DNA of 64,000 nucleotides from Minisyncoccota bacterium (GTDB taxonomy: Bacteria; Patescibacteriota; Minisyncoccia; Phycocordibacterales; UBA9973), in assembly GCA_041658325.1 (NCBI GenBank), contig JBBAAI010000001.1, positions 279,266 through 343,265 of the forward strand, given 5' to 3'. The notes under the pieces were generated by a model. The model was not told the origin of the DNA. It did no database searches and was given only the letters and a program-made list of their open reading frames with translations. This document shows positions 21,275-29,538 of the stretch, piece after piece (the stretch's first letter is position 1; the number at the start of each line of letters is the position of its first letter). The translations under genes were made by a program, and so were the position numbers.

Positions 21275-22669
21275 ATGAAAAAGAAAAAAGTAAAAAAACT
21301 TGGCAAAAATTGGAAAAAATTTTGGAAGCTGGGAGTAGATGAATTTAATACTCAGTTTTTTGGTGTTAATAAAGATGGCGAGTTGACAGCCACTGAAGGT
21401 CATCATGTTTATAATCTAAATGATCTAGCGCACAAATATGGCACACCATTGCAGGTAATATTTCCATTTATTATTGAAGACAGATTAAAAGATCTGATTG
21501 GCTATTTTCAGGCTTATATAAAAATTTATGGATATAAGGGTAAGTTTTCTTATCACTATCCAATGAAAGTAAATCAAAACAAGGAGTTTCTTCTTCCTAT
21601 TCTTTCTGAGGGCGCAAATTTAGAAGTAACTTCAGCCAACGAGCTTTGGATAGTAAAGAAACTTTGGGAAGGAGAAAAATTTAATGATAAAATTCGAGTG
21701 TTTTGTAATGGACCAAAGACTAATCAATATTTAGATTTAGTGGAAGAACTTCGTGCCAAGGGTATGAACATTGTTCCTATTATAGAAAGTAATGAAGAGA
21801 TAGAAAGACTTTCAAAATATAGGGGAGATATAGGAATAAGAATAGATTTGGCAGTGAAGGCAGATACGCATTGGGATAAGAAATTTGATCGTTTTGGGCT
21901 TTCAGAAAAAGAGGCTTTAGATTTGGGAAAAATGAAAAATTTAAAAGTGATGCATTATCACTTAGGTTCAGATATAAAAACACAAAAAAGTATTTTTGAT
22001 GGAGTGAAGTATGCTTTTGGTCTTTATGCACAATTACAAAAAACACATCCATCACTTGATACCCTAGACATCGGTGGAGGTTTTGGTATTCCATATGAAA
22101 AGAAAAAGTTTTATACAGCGAAAGTTGTTTCTAGCAAAATTATTAAAGTATTAAAGAACTTAGCTGATAAAGAGGGAATTAAACACCCTAACCTTGCGAT
22201 AGAATGGGGAAGATATATTGTTGCTCCGTCGCAAATAACAATGTATAAAGTAATTTCTAAAAAAATTATACCTAAGGCGAACGCCAAAGCTTGGTATATC
22301 ATTGATGGTAGTTTTATGAATGACCTAAAAGATACTTGGGCTATTCATCAAAAATGGCACATAATACCAGCCAACAATATGCAAGGTGCCTTAAAAACCG
22401 TTTGGTTGGCAGGAAGTACTTGCGATTCGGATGATAAATACACGGCTGGTGGAAACTATATTCTTATGCCAAAACTCCACGAAGGAGAAGACCAACTAAT
22501 GGCAGTTTTTGATACTGGGGCTTACCAAGAAGGATTGGCTTCGCATCATTGTCTTCTCTCTGCTCCGATGAAAATAATTGTTCAAGACGGAATGGTCAAG
22601 GTTATTCGTAAACATGAAACTTCAGAATCTATAGGAAAACTTTTTGGTTGGAACGGAGATCCAAAATAG
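21275..22669 (+). CDS. PLP-dependent Orn/Arg/DAP decarboxylase, arginine decarboxylase-like
   Basis: YPMKVNQ (ADC-type YPxKVNQ), CNGPK, HYHLGS, LDIGGGFG, TCDSDD and TGAYQE. Confidence 0.85.
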   Translation: MKKKKVKKLGKNWKKFWKLGVDEFNTQFFGVNKDGELTATEGHHVYNLNDLAHKYGTPLQVIFPFIIEDRLKDLIGYFQAYIKIYGYKGKFSYHYPMKVNQNKEFLLPILSEGANLEVTSANELWIVKKLWEGEKFNDKIRVFCNGPKTNQYLDLVEELRAKGMNIVPIIESNEEIERLSKYRGDIGIRIDLAVKADTHWDKKFDRFGLSEKEALDLGKMKNLKVMHYHLGSDIKTQKSIFDGVKYAFGLYAQLQKTHPSLDTLDIGGGFGIPYEKKKFYTAKVVSSKIIKVLKNLADKEGIKHPNLAIEWGRYIVAPSQITMYKVISKKIIPKANAKAWYIIDGSFMNDLKDTWAIHQKWHIIPANNMQGALKTVWLAGSTCDSDDKYTAGGNYILMPKLHEGEDQLMAVFDTGAYQEGLASHHCLLSAPMKIIVQDGMVKVIRKHETSESIGKLFGWNGDPK

Positions 22670-22672
22670 TTT

Positions 22673-23125
22673 ATGTTTAAAAAAGTCTTAAGTTTTTTGA
22701 TAATAGTAATTATTCTTTTACTAGGATTTTTTTTGATAACTCGGTTTTCTGAAAATTTAACATCAGAAAATATAAAATATGTAAAAATCGCTGGGCAAAA
22801 CATAAAGGTTGATTTAGCTTTAACAAAAGAAACACAACAGCAAGGTCTTTCAGGAAGAAGCGAGTTAAAAGAAGATGAAGGTATGTTGTTTATTTTTAAC
22901 CACGAAGGTTTATATTCTTTTTGGATGAAAGATATGAATTTCCCAATAGATATCATTTGGATTAATAAAAACTTAGAGGTGGTAGATATGAAAAAAAATG
23001 TCCTACCGGAATCATATCCAGAAAATTTTGTGCCGAAAGAAAATGCAAAATATGTTTTAGAAATTGTTGCTGGTTTTGGAGAAAAAAATAACCTGAAAGA
23101 AGGGGATAGTATAGAATTTAAGTAA
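22673..23125 (+). CDS. DUF192-family protein
   Basis: GLSGR...GMLFIF...FWMKDMNFPIDIIWI...YVLEI. Confidence 0.9.
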   Translation: MFKKVLSFLIIVIILLLGFFLITRFSENLTSENIKYVKIAGQNIKVDLALTKETQQQGLSGRSELKEDEGMLFIFNHEGLYSFWMKDMNFPIDIIWINKNLEVVDMKKNVLPESYPENFVPKENAKYVLEIVAGFGEKNNLKEGDSIEFK

Positions 23126-23127
23126 AG

Positions 23128-23156
23128 AAAATCCCCTGCTTGTGGCAGGGGAGTTT
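23128..23156. terminator. bidirectional terminator (DUF192 gene / rnpB)
   Basis: TCCCCTGC-TTGTG-GCAGGGGA flanked by A and T runs. Confidence 0.7.
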
Positions 23157-23166
23157 CATTTTTCTT

Positions 23167-23465
23167 GCAGGTATCTGTAAGCCGAATTTTGTATCCTGAC
23201 CGAAGTCAGGAGATAGCAATTTATCTAGGCCCTTGATTACTCAAAAGCTCAAGCGATTCTCCTCGACCGAAGTCGGGGCACGATCTTGCACACGCGTAGG
23301 TATTTTGCCGTTTCACCCGAACTAAATCGGTTCGTCACTGTTCGCAACCCTGAGATTGCTCTCGACGGGCGTTACCCGCTACGTTTAATCCCGCAAAAGC
23401 GGAGACTATGTGTTCGGACTTTCCTCTCTATGACTTACGCCTTAGAGTAGCTATCCGATGCCTGC
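23167..23465 (-). ncRNA. rnpB: RNase P RNA
   Basis: Reverse strand has GAGGAAAGTCCG near the 5' end and ACAAAATTCGGCTTA near the 3' end; the ends pair (GCAGGCATC/GATACCTGC) as P1. Confidence 0.95.
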
Positions 23466-23528
23466 CCCCGTACTCTAGCATATTTTCTCAAAATTTGCAT
23501 TATTTTAACAAGTATGCTATACTCATCT

Positions 23529-23610
23529 AGTGAGTGTGAGGTTATTCTCACATTTATCGTAACAACATAAGTGCCGCAAAAGACGCCCTTCGGGGTGTCT
23601 TTTGTTTTTT
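23529..23610 (+). ncRNA. candidate ~80-nt small RNA
   Basis: TGCTATACT extended -10, a 5' hairpin, a short single-stranded linker and a UUCG terminator with U-tract; no ORF. Confidence 0.45.
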
Positions 23611-23707
23611 GTATTTGATATACTACTAGTAGTTCTTTGTAGCTAATAAAATAGTCAGTTATTAGCTACTTGACATTATTAAACATAAGTGATACAATGT
23701 TAGTATT

Positions 23708-23968
23708 ATGAATAAATTTGAAAAACCTATGGATAAAAATAACGGTAATTTAGCAGATGGTAAAGATAAATTTGGTAGTTTATCTGAAGACAAAGAGGTA
23801 AAAGCTTATATGCAATCAGAAGAGGTTAAGGGATTACACGATGCTCCTGTTGAATTTGTTGACGAGGAAAAAGGAGCAGAAGTGGTGCCAATAACAGGAA
23901 AAAGCGCAGAGGAAATGGAAAAAGAAGCCAGTGAGCTTTCTGAAAAAATAAAAAGCCAAATTAATTAA
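23708..23968 (+). CDS. hypothetical acidic small protein
   Basis: 86-aa ORF with a TTGACA/TGATACAAT promoter just upstream and a terminator downstream. Confidence 0.7.
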   Translation: MNKFEKPMDKNNGNLADGKDKFGSLSEDKEVKAYMQSEEVKGLHDAPVEFVDEEKGAEVVPITGKSAEEMEKEASELSEKIKSQIN

Positions 23969-23985
23969 GTTTATAATGTTAGTTT

Positions 23986-24013
23986 CAAAAAACACCCTTT
24001 CGGGTGTTTTTTG
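23986..24013. terminator. bidirectional terminator; probably the original tRNA-Ala terminator before integration
   Basis: CAAAAAACACCC-TTTC-GGGTGTTTTTTG next to the left att core. Confidence 0.75.
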
Positions 24014-24016
24014 TTT

Positions 24017-24023
24017 GGTGGAC
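24017..24023 (+). repeat. left att core GGTGGAC (displaced tRNA-Ala 3' end; reads GTCCACCA on the minus strand)
   Basis: Identical to 31817-31823; the minus strand gives discriminator A plus CCA followed by a terminator. Confidence 0.75.
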
Positions 24024-24156
24024 TTGGGGCTTCTTTTTTGGAAACAGTTTGCAAGAGAATCTGAGTATTTAGTCAGTATTTTGAAAGAGGTTGAAGTGTC
24101 CAGAAACACAAACACCCCACTAAAATAGTGAGGTGTTAATGTATTAAAATAAGTCG

Positions 24157-24291
24157 TTACTTCTTCTTCGGAGCACGTTGAGAGAGAGCACTTGCGGCAA
24201 CCGACCTTTCAAACTTAGTTGAATGAGGGTTTCGCAACACCGCCGCCGCTTCTGATGCAATCTTCGCACTTGTTTTTCTGCTGTGAGGCAT
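24157..24291 (-). CDS. small basic protein, 44 aa (MPHSRKTSAKIASEAAAVLRNPHSTKFERSVAASALSQRAPKKK)
   Basis: Below the ORF-track cutoff and translated by hand; clean ATG-TAA; resembles small mobile-element proteins with a TS..AS.A...L...S.A.SALSQ pattern. Confidence 0.7.
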   Translation of the reverse strand: MPHSRKTSAKIASEAAAVLRNPHSTKFERSVAASALSQRAPKKK

Positions 24292-24422
24292 AAAGAATTT
24301 ATAGTGTTATTTTATAAATTTATAGAGATGACCGACTTCATCTTCTCTGTATTTATTTTCTAAAACAATAATACTTATGCACCACTAAGTAATTTTGTTT
24401 TAAAAATTTTAATCTTATAAAA

Positions 24423-24713
24423 CTAGCCCCAACATTTAGGGAGTTTCAAGAGATTATCAGTTTGAGTTGAATCAGGAACAGTTTTAACGTATTTTGTTCC
24501 CAAGGGACTTATGGCAGTGATTAAGTACGCTTTGTTGCCATATGCATCAGAAACGTATGCTCGTCCACCTTGGACAACAAAATTATACATTTCTATACGT
24601 GCACTTTTACCTCGTTGATTGGTATTCACGTTGACCCATCCTAATTCGCTTATAGCGGTATGAGGATTTTCATGATTACCACTGTCTTTCTTGATACAAG
24701 TGATTTCTAACAT
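24423..24713 (-). CDS. DUF3892-domain protein
   Basis: ITCIKK...NPH...KYVKTVPD...DNLLKLPKC C-terminal signature. Confidence 0.85.
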   Translation of the reverse strand: MLEITCIKKDSGNHENPHTAISELGWVNVNTNQRGKSARIEMYNFVVQGGRAYVSDAYGNKAYLITAISPLGTKYVKTVPDSTQTDNLLKLPKCWG

Positions 24714-24877
24714 ATTTTTATATATGAAATTATTGATAATGCCGTAAATAAGTGGTAAGCTTTGATTGTTGAGGTCTTGGCTCTTTTCCGTCCGACCGAA
24801 TGTGGTGCCATTATATAACGTCCAGTTTATCTGCGGAGGGAACCATTAATATTGATTCCTTAAACACATTGTAACAC

Positions 24878-24898
24878 ATGTAAAGGATTTCTTTACAT
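24878..24898. promoter_or_regulatory. candidate operator palindrome
   Basis: ATGTAAAG-N5-CTTTACAT between the divergent DUF3892 and LexA-like genes. Confidence 0.45.
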
Positions 24899-24963
24899 AG
24901 GAATGTTCATAAACTGTGGATTGACAGTGGATAACTTGGGTGGTACACTTATATCAATTCTCA

Positions 24964-25569
24964 ATGAGTCAATTACATAAAAATCAAATAAAACTCTTAA
25001 AATATTTAGAAGGAATCCAAGATTTTGATGGTATCAGTCTTTGGGATATTGCCAGAGAAGCAGAGCTTAATAACGCTCAGACAGTAAAACACCACCTTTC
25101 TCAATTAGAAAAATTAGGATATCTTAGAAGGGATTTAAAAAATTCTTCTTTTGAAATTCTTAAAAGTCCCATTGAAGACATTGCTTATATTAATCTTTTA
25201 GGATTCGCCGTGTGTGGCAATAGTGGAGAATTTTTTTCGGAAGAAAATCTGGAAGATAAAATTGCAGTTTCAACAAAGTTGTTGGGTATTTCAAATCTTC
25301 AGGATACTTTTGCAGTTAAAGCAAAAGGTGATTCTATGCTCCCTGAGGTGTTAGATAATGATTTAGTTATATTTCAAAAACAAGATGATATAGGTAATGC
25401 GGATATAGGTTTAGTTATAGACAACGGAGAGCCGAAGATTAAACAAGTTATTAAAAATAAAAATGAAATAATTTTAAGGTCTTATAACAAAAGTTACCCA
25501 GACAAAATCATCACAAAAAAAGACCTTTGTGTCCTTGGATTGGCTAAGAAAATAATTCATAGTATTTAG
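24964..25569 (+). CDS. LexA-like / S24 peptidase repressor
   Basis: N-terminal wHTH (TVKHHLSQLEKLGYL), Cys-Gly cleavage site (GFAVCG), catalytic GDSM and Lys (PKIK); ATG 24964 preferred over GTG 24940. Confidence 0.85.
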   Translation: MSQLHKNQIKLLKYLEGIQDFDGISLWDIAREAELNNAQTVKHHLSQLEKLGYLRRDLKNSSFEILKSPIEDIAYINLLGFAVCGNSGEFFSEENLEDKIAVSTKLLGISNLQDTFAVKAKGDSMLPEVLDNDLVIFQKQDDIGNADIGLVIDNGEPKIKQVIKNKNEIILRSYNKSYPDKIITKKDLCVLGLAKKIIHSI

Positions 25570-25732
25570 TGAAACTTTTTTCTGTTTTAGTTTTTTTATC
25601 TTCAAGCCACAATTCAAAAAGAATCTCAGCCAATTTATCATCATTGTCTCTAAGTTTTTAAATTTGTTCCTCAGAAAGTTTTTTAAGCAATTTTTTTCCA
25701 AGAGCTTTTTTATATTATTTTAAAGAAAGCAT
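25544..25732 (-). pseudogene. small helical protein gene with two in-frame TAA stops
   Basis: Hand translation: MLSLK*YKKALGKKLLKKLSEEQI*KLRDNDDKLAEILFELWLEDKK...; ATG 6 nt after the DUF3761 stop. Confidence 0.55.
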
Positions 25733-25738
25733 TTTTGA

Positions 25739-26167
25739 TTATAGCCATTCATTCACCCCTCCATGACGAGAACAAGTACCTCTCCTATTTTGGCTAAAAC
25801 TGTAAGTGCCATCACCACATCGAGCAGAAGCTCCAGCTGGTACTGAATTTGAATAGGCTGGAGAATGGACACTATTGCCATAAGTATTTGTGTAATAATT
25901 ATCATTCGAAAGAGAACTTGTATTATTGCTTGGTGTTGTCTTTGGGGCTACCACACTTGGTGCTGTAAATTGGTGTGGTTGAGTATTATATGAATTATAT
26001 GTAGGAATTGTCTGTATTTCTGGATTTACTACTTGGTTGCTTGAATTACCGCCTGAACCTAAAATAACTAAAAATACTGCAATTAGACCAGTTCCGATAT
26101 ATCTTTTTTTCTTATACCAAGGTCTTTCGTCTTTAATATTGGGAATATTTTTTTTTTCGTTTTCCAT
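25739..26167 (-). CDS. DUF3761-domain exported protein
   Basis: PWYKKK plus TM anchor; C-terminal GASARCGDGTYSFSQNRRGTCSRHGGV. Confidence 0.85.
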   Translation of the reverse strand: MENEKKNIPNIKDERPWYKKKRYIGTGLIAVFLVILGSGGNSSNQVVNPEIQTIPTYNSYNTQPHQFTAPSVVAPKTTPSNNTSSLSNDNYYTNTYGNSVHSPAYSNSVPAGASARCGDGTYSFSQNRRGTCSRHGGVNEWL

Positions 26168-26169
26168 AT

Positions 26170-27108
26170 TTAATAACAATTTATACTTCCGATTGTGCCA
26201 AATTCATCAGAATGAGAACTGAAGCTACAATTAAGAGGTTTTACTTGTTGAGAATATAATTGATTTAAACTACTTTGTAGTGCCTGTGTCTTTTTTAAAT
26301 CAGATACAGCGATAACTAACTGCGACCAGAAATTTTTGTACATTTCGTCCTTTGTGTTTGTTTGGCTCATATATTGAGTCATCGCTAATTTAACACCACC
26401 ATCATAAAGTTTTTGCCAATAATTTTGATATTCAGTCAGTATTTGAATTTCACTGTTATATTCTGCTTCTGATGCTGAAGATTTTGCGGAAAATTTTATA
26501 TATTCAATATTAAGTGCAGATATTTTTTCGTTATTGATGTGGTTTTTTATATCAGAAAAGATTTTCCGATAAAAATCAACAATCTGACTTTTATCAAGAT
26601 TGTAGGCTTCAATAAAAATACTATATGCATGACTAACAGAAGAATCTGTTTCACTAGCCATTAAAGAATTAGTGCTTGAGATAAGCCCGTTTAATATACT
26701 CTCTCTTTGGGAGAGTAGGGGCGTCATGTCATTATCAATCCACTGTATGATTGCTTTATAGGAATTGATTTGTGCATTTATAGCTGAAAGAATTGGCTCT
26801 CTGAAATTTTTAGCTGTGGGTGCAACAACTTCTGTTTTTATAGGTGGAGTTTGCACACTAACTTGTGTTGAAGTTCCGTTTGTTTCTTTTTTAGGAGCAG
26901 TATTTTTTGATACTTCTTCGCTGATTGTTTTTTCATTATTAACTGAAACTTCTTCTGTCGCTGTGGTGATTACGTTAGATTTAGGAATATTTTGTGGAGA
27001 TTTAGATATTTTGTGGGCGATAAAATAACCGCCACCGCCAAAAACAACTGCACTAACAATAATTGCTATTAAAATTGGTATTTGTATAAAGCCTTTTTGA
27101 TTTTTCAT
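26170..27108 (-). CDS. hypothetical exported protein with a pilin-like (class III) leader
   Basis: MKNQKG|FIQIPILIAII followed by a hydrophobic helix, Ser/Thr-rich linker and helical domain. Confidence 0.7.
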   Translation of the reverse strand: MKNQKGFIQIPILIAIIVSAVVFGGGGYFIAHKISKSPQNIPKSNVITTATEEVSVNNEKTISEEVSKNTAPKKETNGTSTQVSVQTPPIKTEVVAPTAKNFREPILSAINAQINSYKAIIQWIDNDMTPLLSQRESILNGLISSTNSLMASETDSSVSHAYSIFIEAYNLDKSQIVDFYRKIFSDIKNHINNEKISALNIEYIKFSAKSSASEAEYNSEIQILTEYQNYWQKLYDGGVKLAMTQYMSQTNTKDEMYKNFWSQLVIAVSDLKKTQALQSSLNQLYSQQVKPLNCSFSSHSDEFGTIGSINCY

Positions 27109-27152
27109 ATTACACTTTTTTTAATTAATAATGTTAATTTGTAATTAGTTAA

Positions 27153-27584
27153 CTATTCTTCATCATTACTACCAAATGTCTTTAAATCAATTAATTTTGA
27201 CTTATACATAATTTCTATTTCTTTGTTTTCAGCATCACTTGTAAATGTGTGGAAAAAATATGTTTCTCCTGTATAAATATCTTTTATTGAATAATGACCC
27301 ACAGCCCCAGAATTCTTTTTATCTTTAAATAAAAGCACGCTTAAGTATAATGCTTCTATACAACTTTTTTGTTTTTGACTGTATAAGGCATGATTTGAAA
27401 CTGTCATTATTCCAGTATCATCTATGTTTGATTTTGGTGCTTCCGCACTCATTTTTTCATAAGCCTTAACACACCCTTCTTGCCTCGCTAGTAAATCTTT
27501 TGTTTGTTTCCCTGAGATATAAAAGATTGTAAAAGCTAAAACCGCGACTCCGATAAAAATAAAAAGTATATTTTGTTTCTTCAT
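27153..27584 (-). CDS. hypothetical membrane-anchored protein
   Basis: N-terminal TM and a Cys pair; tightly linked in the minus-strand cargo operon. Confidence 0.7.
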   Translation of the reverse strand: MKKQNILFIFIGVAVLAFTIFYISGKQTKDLLARQEGCVKAYEKMSAEAPKSNIDDTGIMTVSNHALYSQKQKSCIEALYLSVLLFKDKKNSGAVGHYSIKDIYTGETYFFHTFTSDAENKEIEIMYKSKLIDLKTFGSNDEE

Positions 27585-27588
27585 GTTA

Positions 27589-27780
27589 TTAATTATTTTT
27601 TTTATTTTGGTAAGACCAATAAATGAACATTAAGAAAATTATTATTCCACCAGTTAAGGAGAAAGCTATGAACTTCTCTCCACCTGTTAAATCTTCTCCA
27701 TTTCTTATGAAATGACCAAAAGAAATAAGCAAGAACCACCAGTTGCGACTCAAAAATTTACCAAAAGTTTCTTTTTCCAT
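27589..27780 (-). CDS. small two-TM hypothetical protein
   Basis: 63 aa hydrophobic ORF; first gene of the cargo operon. Confidence 0.55.
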   Translation of the reverse strand: MEKETFGKFLSRNWWFLLISFGHFIRNGEDLTGGEKFIAFSLTGGIIIFLMFIYWSYQNKKNN

Positions 27781-27826
27781 GTGCTTATATTTTGTTTATT
27801 ATTAATAATTCCCGCAGTTGGTAAAC

Positions 27827-27923
27827 AAAAAGCCCACCACTAGGAAAGCCCGAAGGCTTTTATGCAAGTTTCCTCGCATAACGCGTTCAACGCCCCAATG
27901 ATGGGTTTTTTATGTTGAACGCG
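27827..27923 (-). ncRNA. candidate cloverleaf regulatory RNA (C4/P4 CI-like architecture)
   Basis: Long closing stem, GAAA- and UUCG-capped hairpins, 3' U-tract and an upstream 10-nt perfect complement to one arm. Confidence 0.55.
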
Positions 27924-28196
27924 ATTCATAACCATACTCTACTGTTCTTACAATGGAGGTTAGGTCTTATATTTATTTGATTGTTTAGGTATTATATCAC
28001 TTTGATATAGATTTACCATGCCATAGAGCATTATAGGCTTGCTATAGCAATAGCAGGTAAAATTATAGCTCATAAGAAAATCCTTTGTTTATAACCATGG
28101 GGACGGGAGGAGGGACAAATAAACATCACTAGAAAGAATATACTCATCCCTAAATCCATGCCTTTTTAAACTTTTTGTATTACAATTCCAATAGTT

Positions 28197-29075
28197 ATGA
28201 TTAATCCAAAAACGTCAAAGCCAAGTGAATTATTTGAGGGGTTAATAGAAATTGAATTACAACTTCAAAAGAAACTGGAAGAATTAGAAAATACCTACAA
28301 TGAAACCTATCAAAAAGTCAGTGTTGATTTTAAGGTAGCGGGTATTTTAGAATACGAACATGATTCTGGTTCACTGGGTGAAGTAATAAAACATGCAAAT
28401 GAAATTATAAAAATAATTGAGAATATTTTGCACAGTGAAACTATCAATAAAGCCTACACAAAAAGACTTAAGTCAATAACAGAAATTGACAGAAAAACAG
28501 GTTTGAAAAATTTTAAACAAGGGTGGTTAAAAGATGTTGGTAACCATGATTACATAACCGTGTTAATGGATGCCCTATCGGTTGATGAGTGGATTGATAA
28601 ATGTAAAGAAGTTGCACATTATTTAGCAGATTTTGTTGGAGAAAAAAATCCACTTGTTGAAGATTTAAATTTAAATAAAACTTCAAAAGAAAAAACGGAA
28701 ATAAAAGGAATAGATAATAGTAGTGAGGAAATTTACTTAAAAACTTTAGGCATAAAAATTAAGGGAGATTGTATTGCTAAGGGAACAATGAATCTTAAAA
28801 AAGTATTTAATCCCACAGAAAAAGCTTTGATATATTTTTTATTTTTTAGATTTTTAAAGAACAAAGATGAATGTTTTACAATAGATAGTTTAGCAAAAGA
28901 ACTAAAAAAATCAGAAGCTTATATAAAGAATAGCCTTACCAATATATATAAAATAATTAGAAAGACTATGTCACAAGCAAATACTTCTATAAAATGGGAA
29001 CCTCTCATAAAAAATGAACCGAGACGTGGGTATCACTTGAATCCTAGACTTTTTATAGAGGTCATAAAAAAATAA
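28197..29075 (+). CDS. hypothetical protein with a C-terminal winged-helix DNA-binding domain
   Basis: FTIDSLAKELKKSEAYIKNSLTNIYKII...LIKNEPRRGYHL resembles an OmpR-type wHTH. Confidence 0.65.
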   Translation: MINPKTSKPSELFEGLIEIELQLQKKLEELENTYNETYQKVSVDFKVAGILEYEHDSGSLGEVIKHANEIIKIIENILHSETINKAYTKRLKSITEIDRKTGLKNFKQGWLKDVGNHDYITVLMDALSVDEWIDKCKEVAHYLADFVGEKNPLVEDLNLNKTSKEKTEIKGIDNSSEEIYLKTLGIKIKGDCIAKGTMNLKKVFNPTEKALIYFLFFRFLKNKDECFTIDSLAKELKKSEAYIKNSLTNIYKIIRKTMSQANTSIKWEPLIKNEPRRGYHLNPRLFIEVIKK

Positions 29076-29240
29076 CAATTTTAAAAAAAGTTTTAGAATA
29101 TTAATCCTTTGTGTAAAAAACACCTTTCTAAATAATGGTGTTTTTTTTATTGTAATAAATGAGTCACAATTTTGTGATTTTTTTTCATGTCAAAATTAGA
29201 ATAATCCTAAATAAAGGAGATTATAAATAATTAAAAAAAG

Positions 29241-29456
29241 ATGAGAAGCATTGAAAGAAAATTTAAGTATGTTCAGAGAAAAAATCCTTACTGGTCATCA
29301 TTCACTTGCTTTGCCAACACAGTACGTGGGAGGAACTTTAGTAGAGATAGAATTAGGAAATATTTCAACGAATTGGTAGACAAAGAAGAATATGCAAAAG
29401 ACGAGAAGGGGCAAATATTAAAATACTTGTACGACTTAACAAAAGACATGCTGTAG
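29241..29456 (+). CDS. small hypothetical protein
   Basis: 71-aa ORF with AAGGAG upstream; inside the element before the replication-like gene. Confidence 0.65.
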   Translation: MRSIERKFKYVQRKNPYWSSFTCFANTVRGRNFSRDRIRKYFNELVDKEEYAKDEKGQILKYLYDLTKDML

Positions 29457-29538
29457 CGTACCAGTTTTAGATGTGAATGTAGATTATAAACCAGACAGAA
29501 TTCTAAAATGGAGTACTCTGTCCACTAGTAAAAAAATT

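Noticed and set aside
23834-24115. 93-aa minus-strand ORF spanning the left att site
   Set aside because: It crosses a terminator and the element boundary and overlaps a better plus-strand gene; likely spurious.
24915-24936. DnaA-box-like TGTGGAT/GTGGATAA as a replication origin
   Set aside because: Only one or two boxes embedded in the lexA-like promoter, with no box cluster or dnaA/dnaN nearby.
25544-25732. Stop-codon reassignment suggested by in-frame TAA codons
   Set aside because: TAA terminates most genes in the window, including element genes, and TGA also acts as a stop (gpmI, recombinase), so pseudogenisation is simpler.
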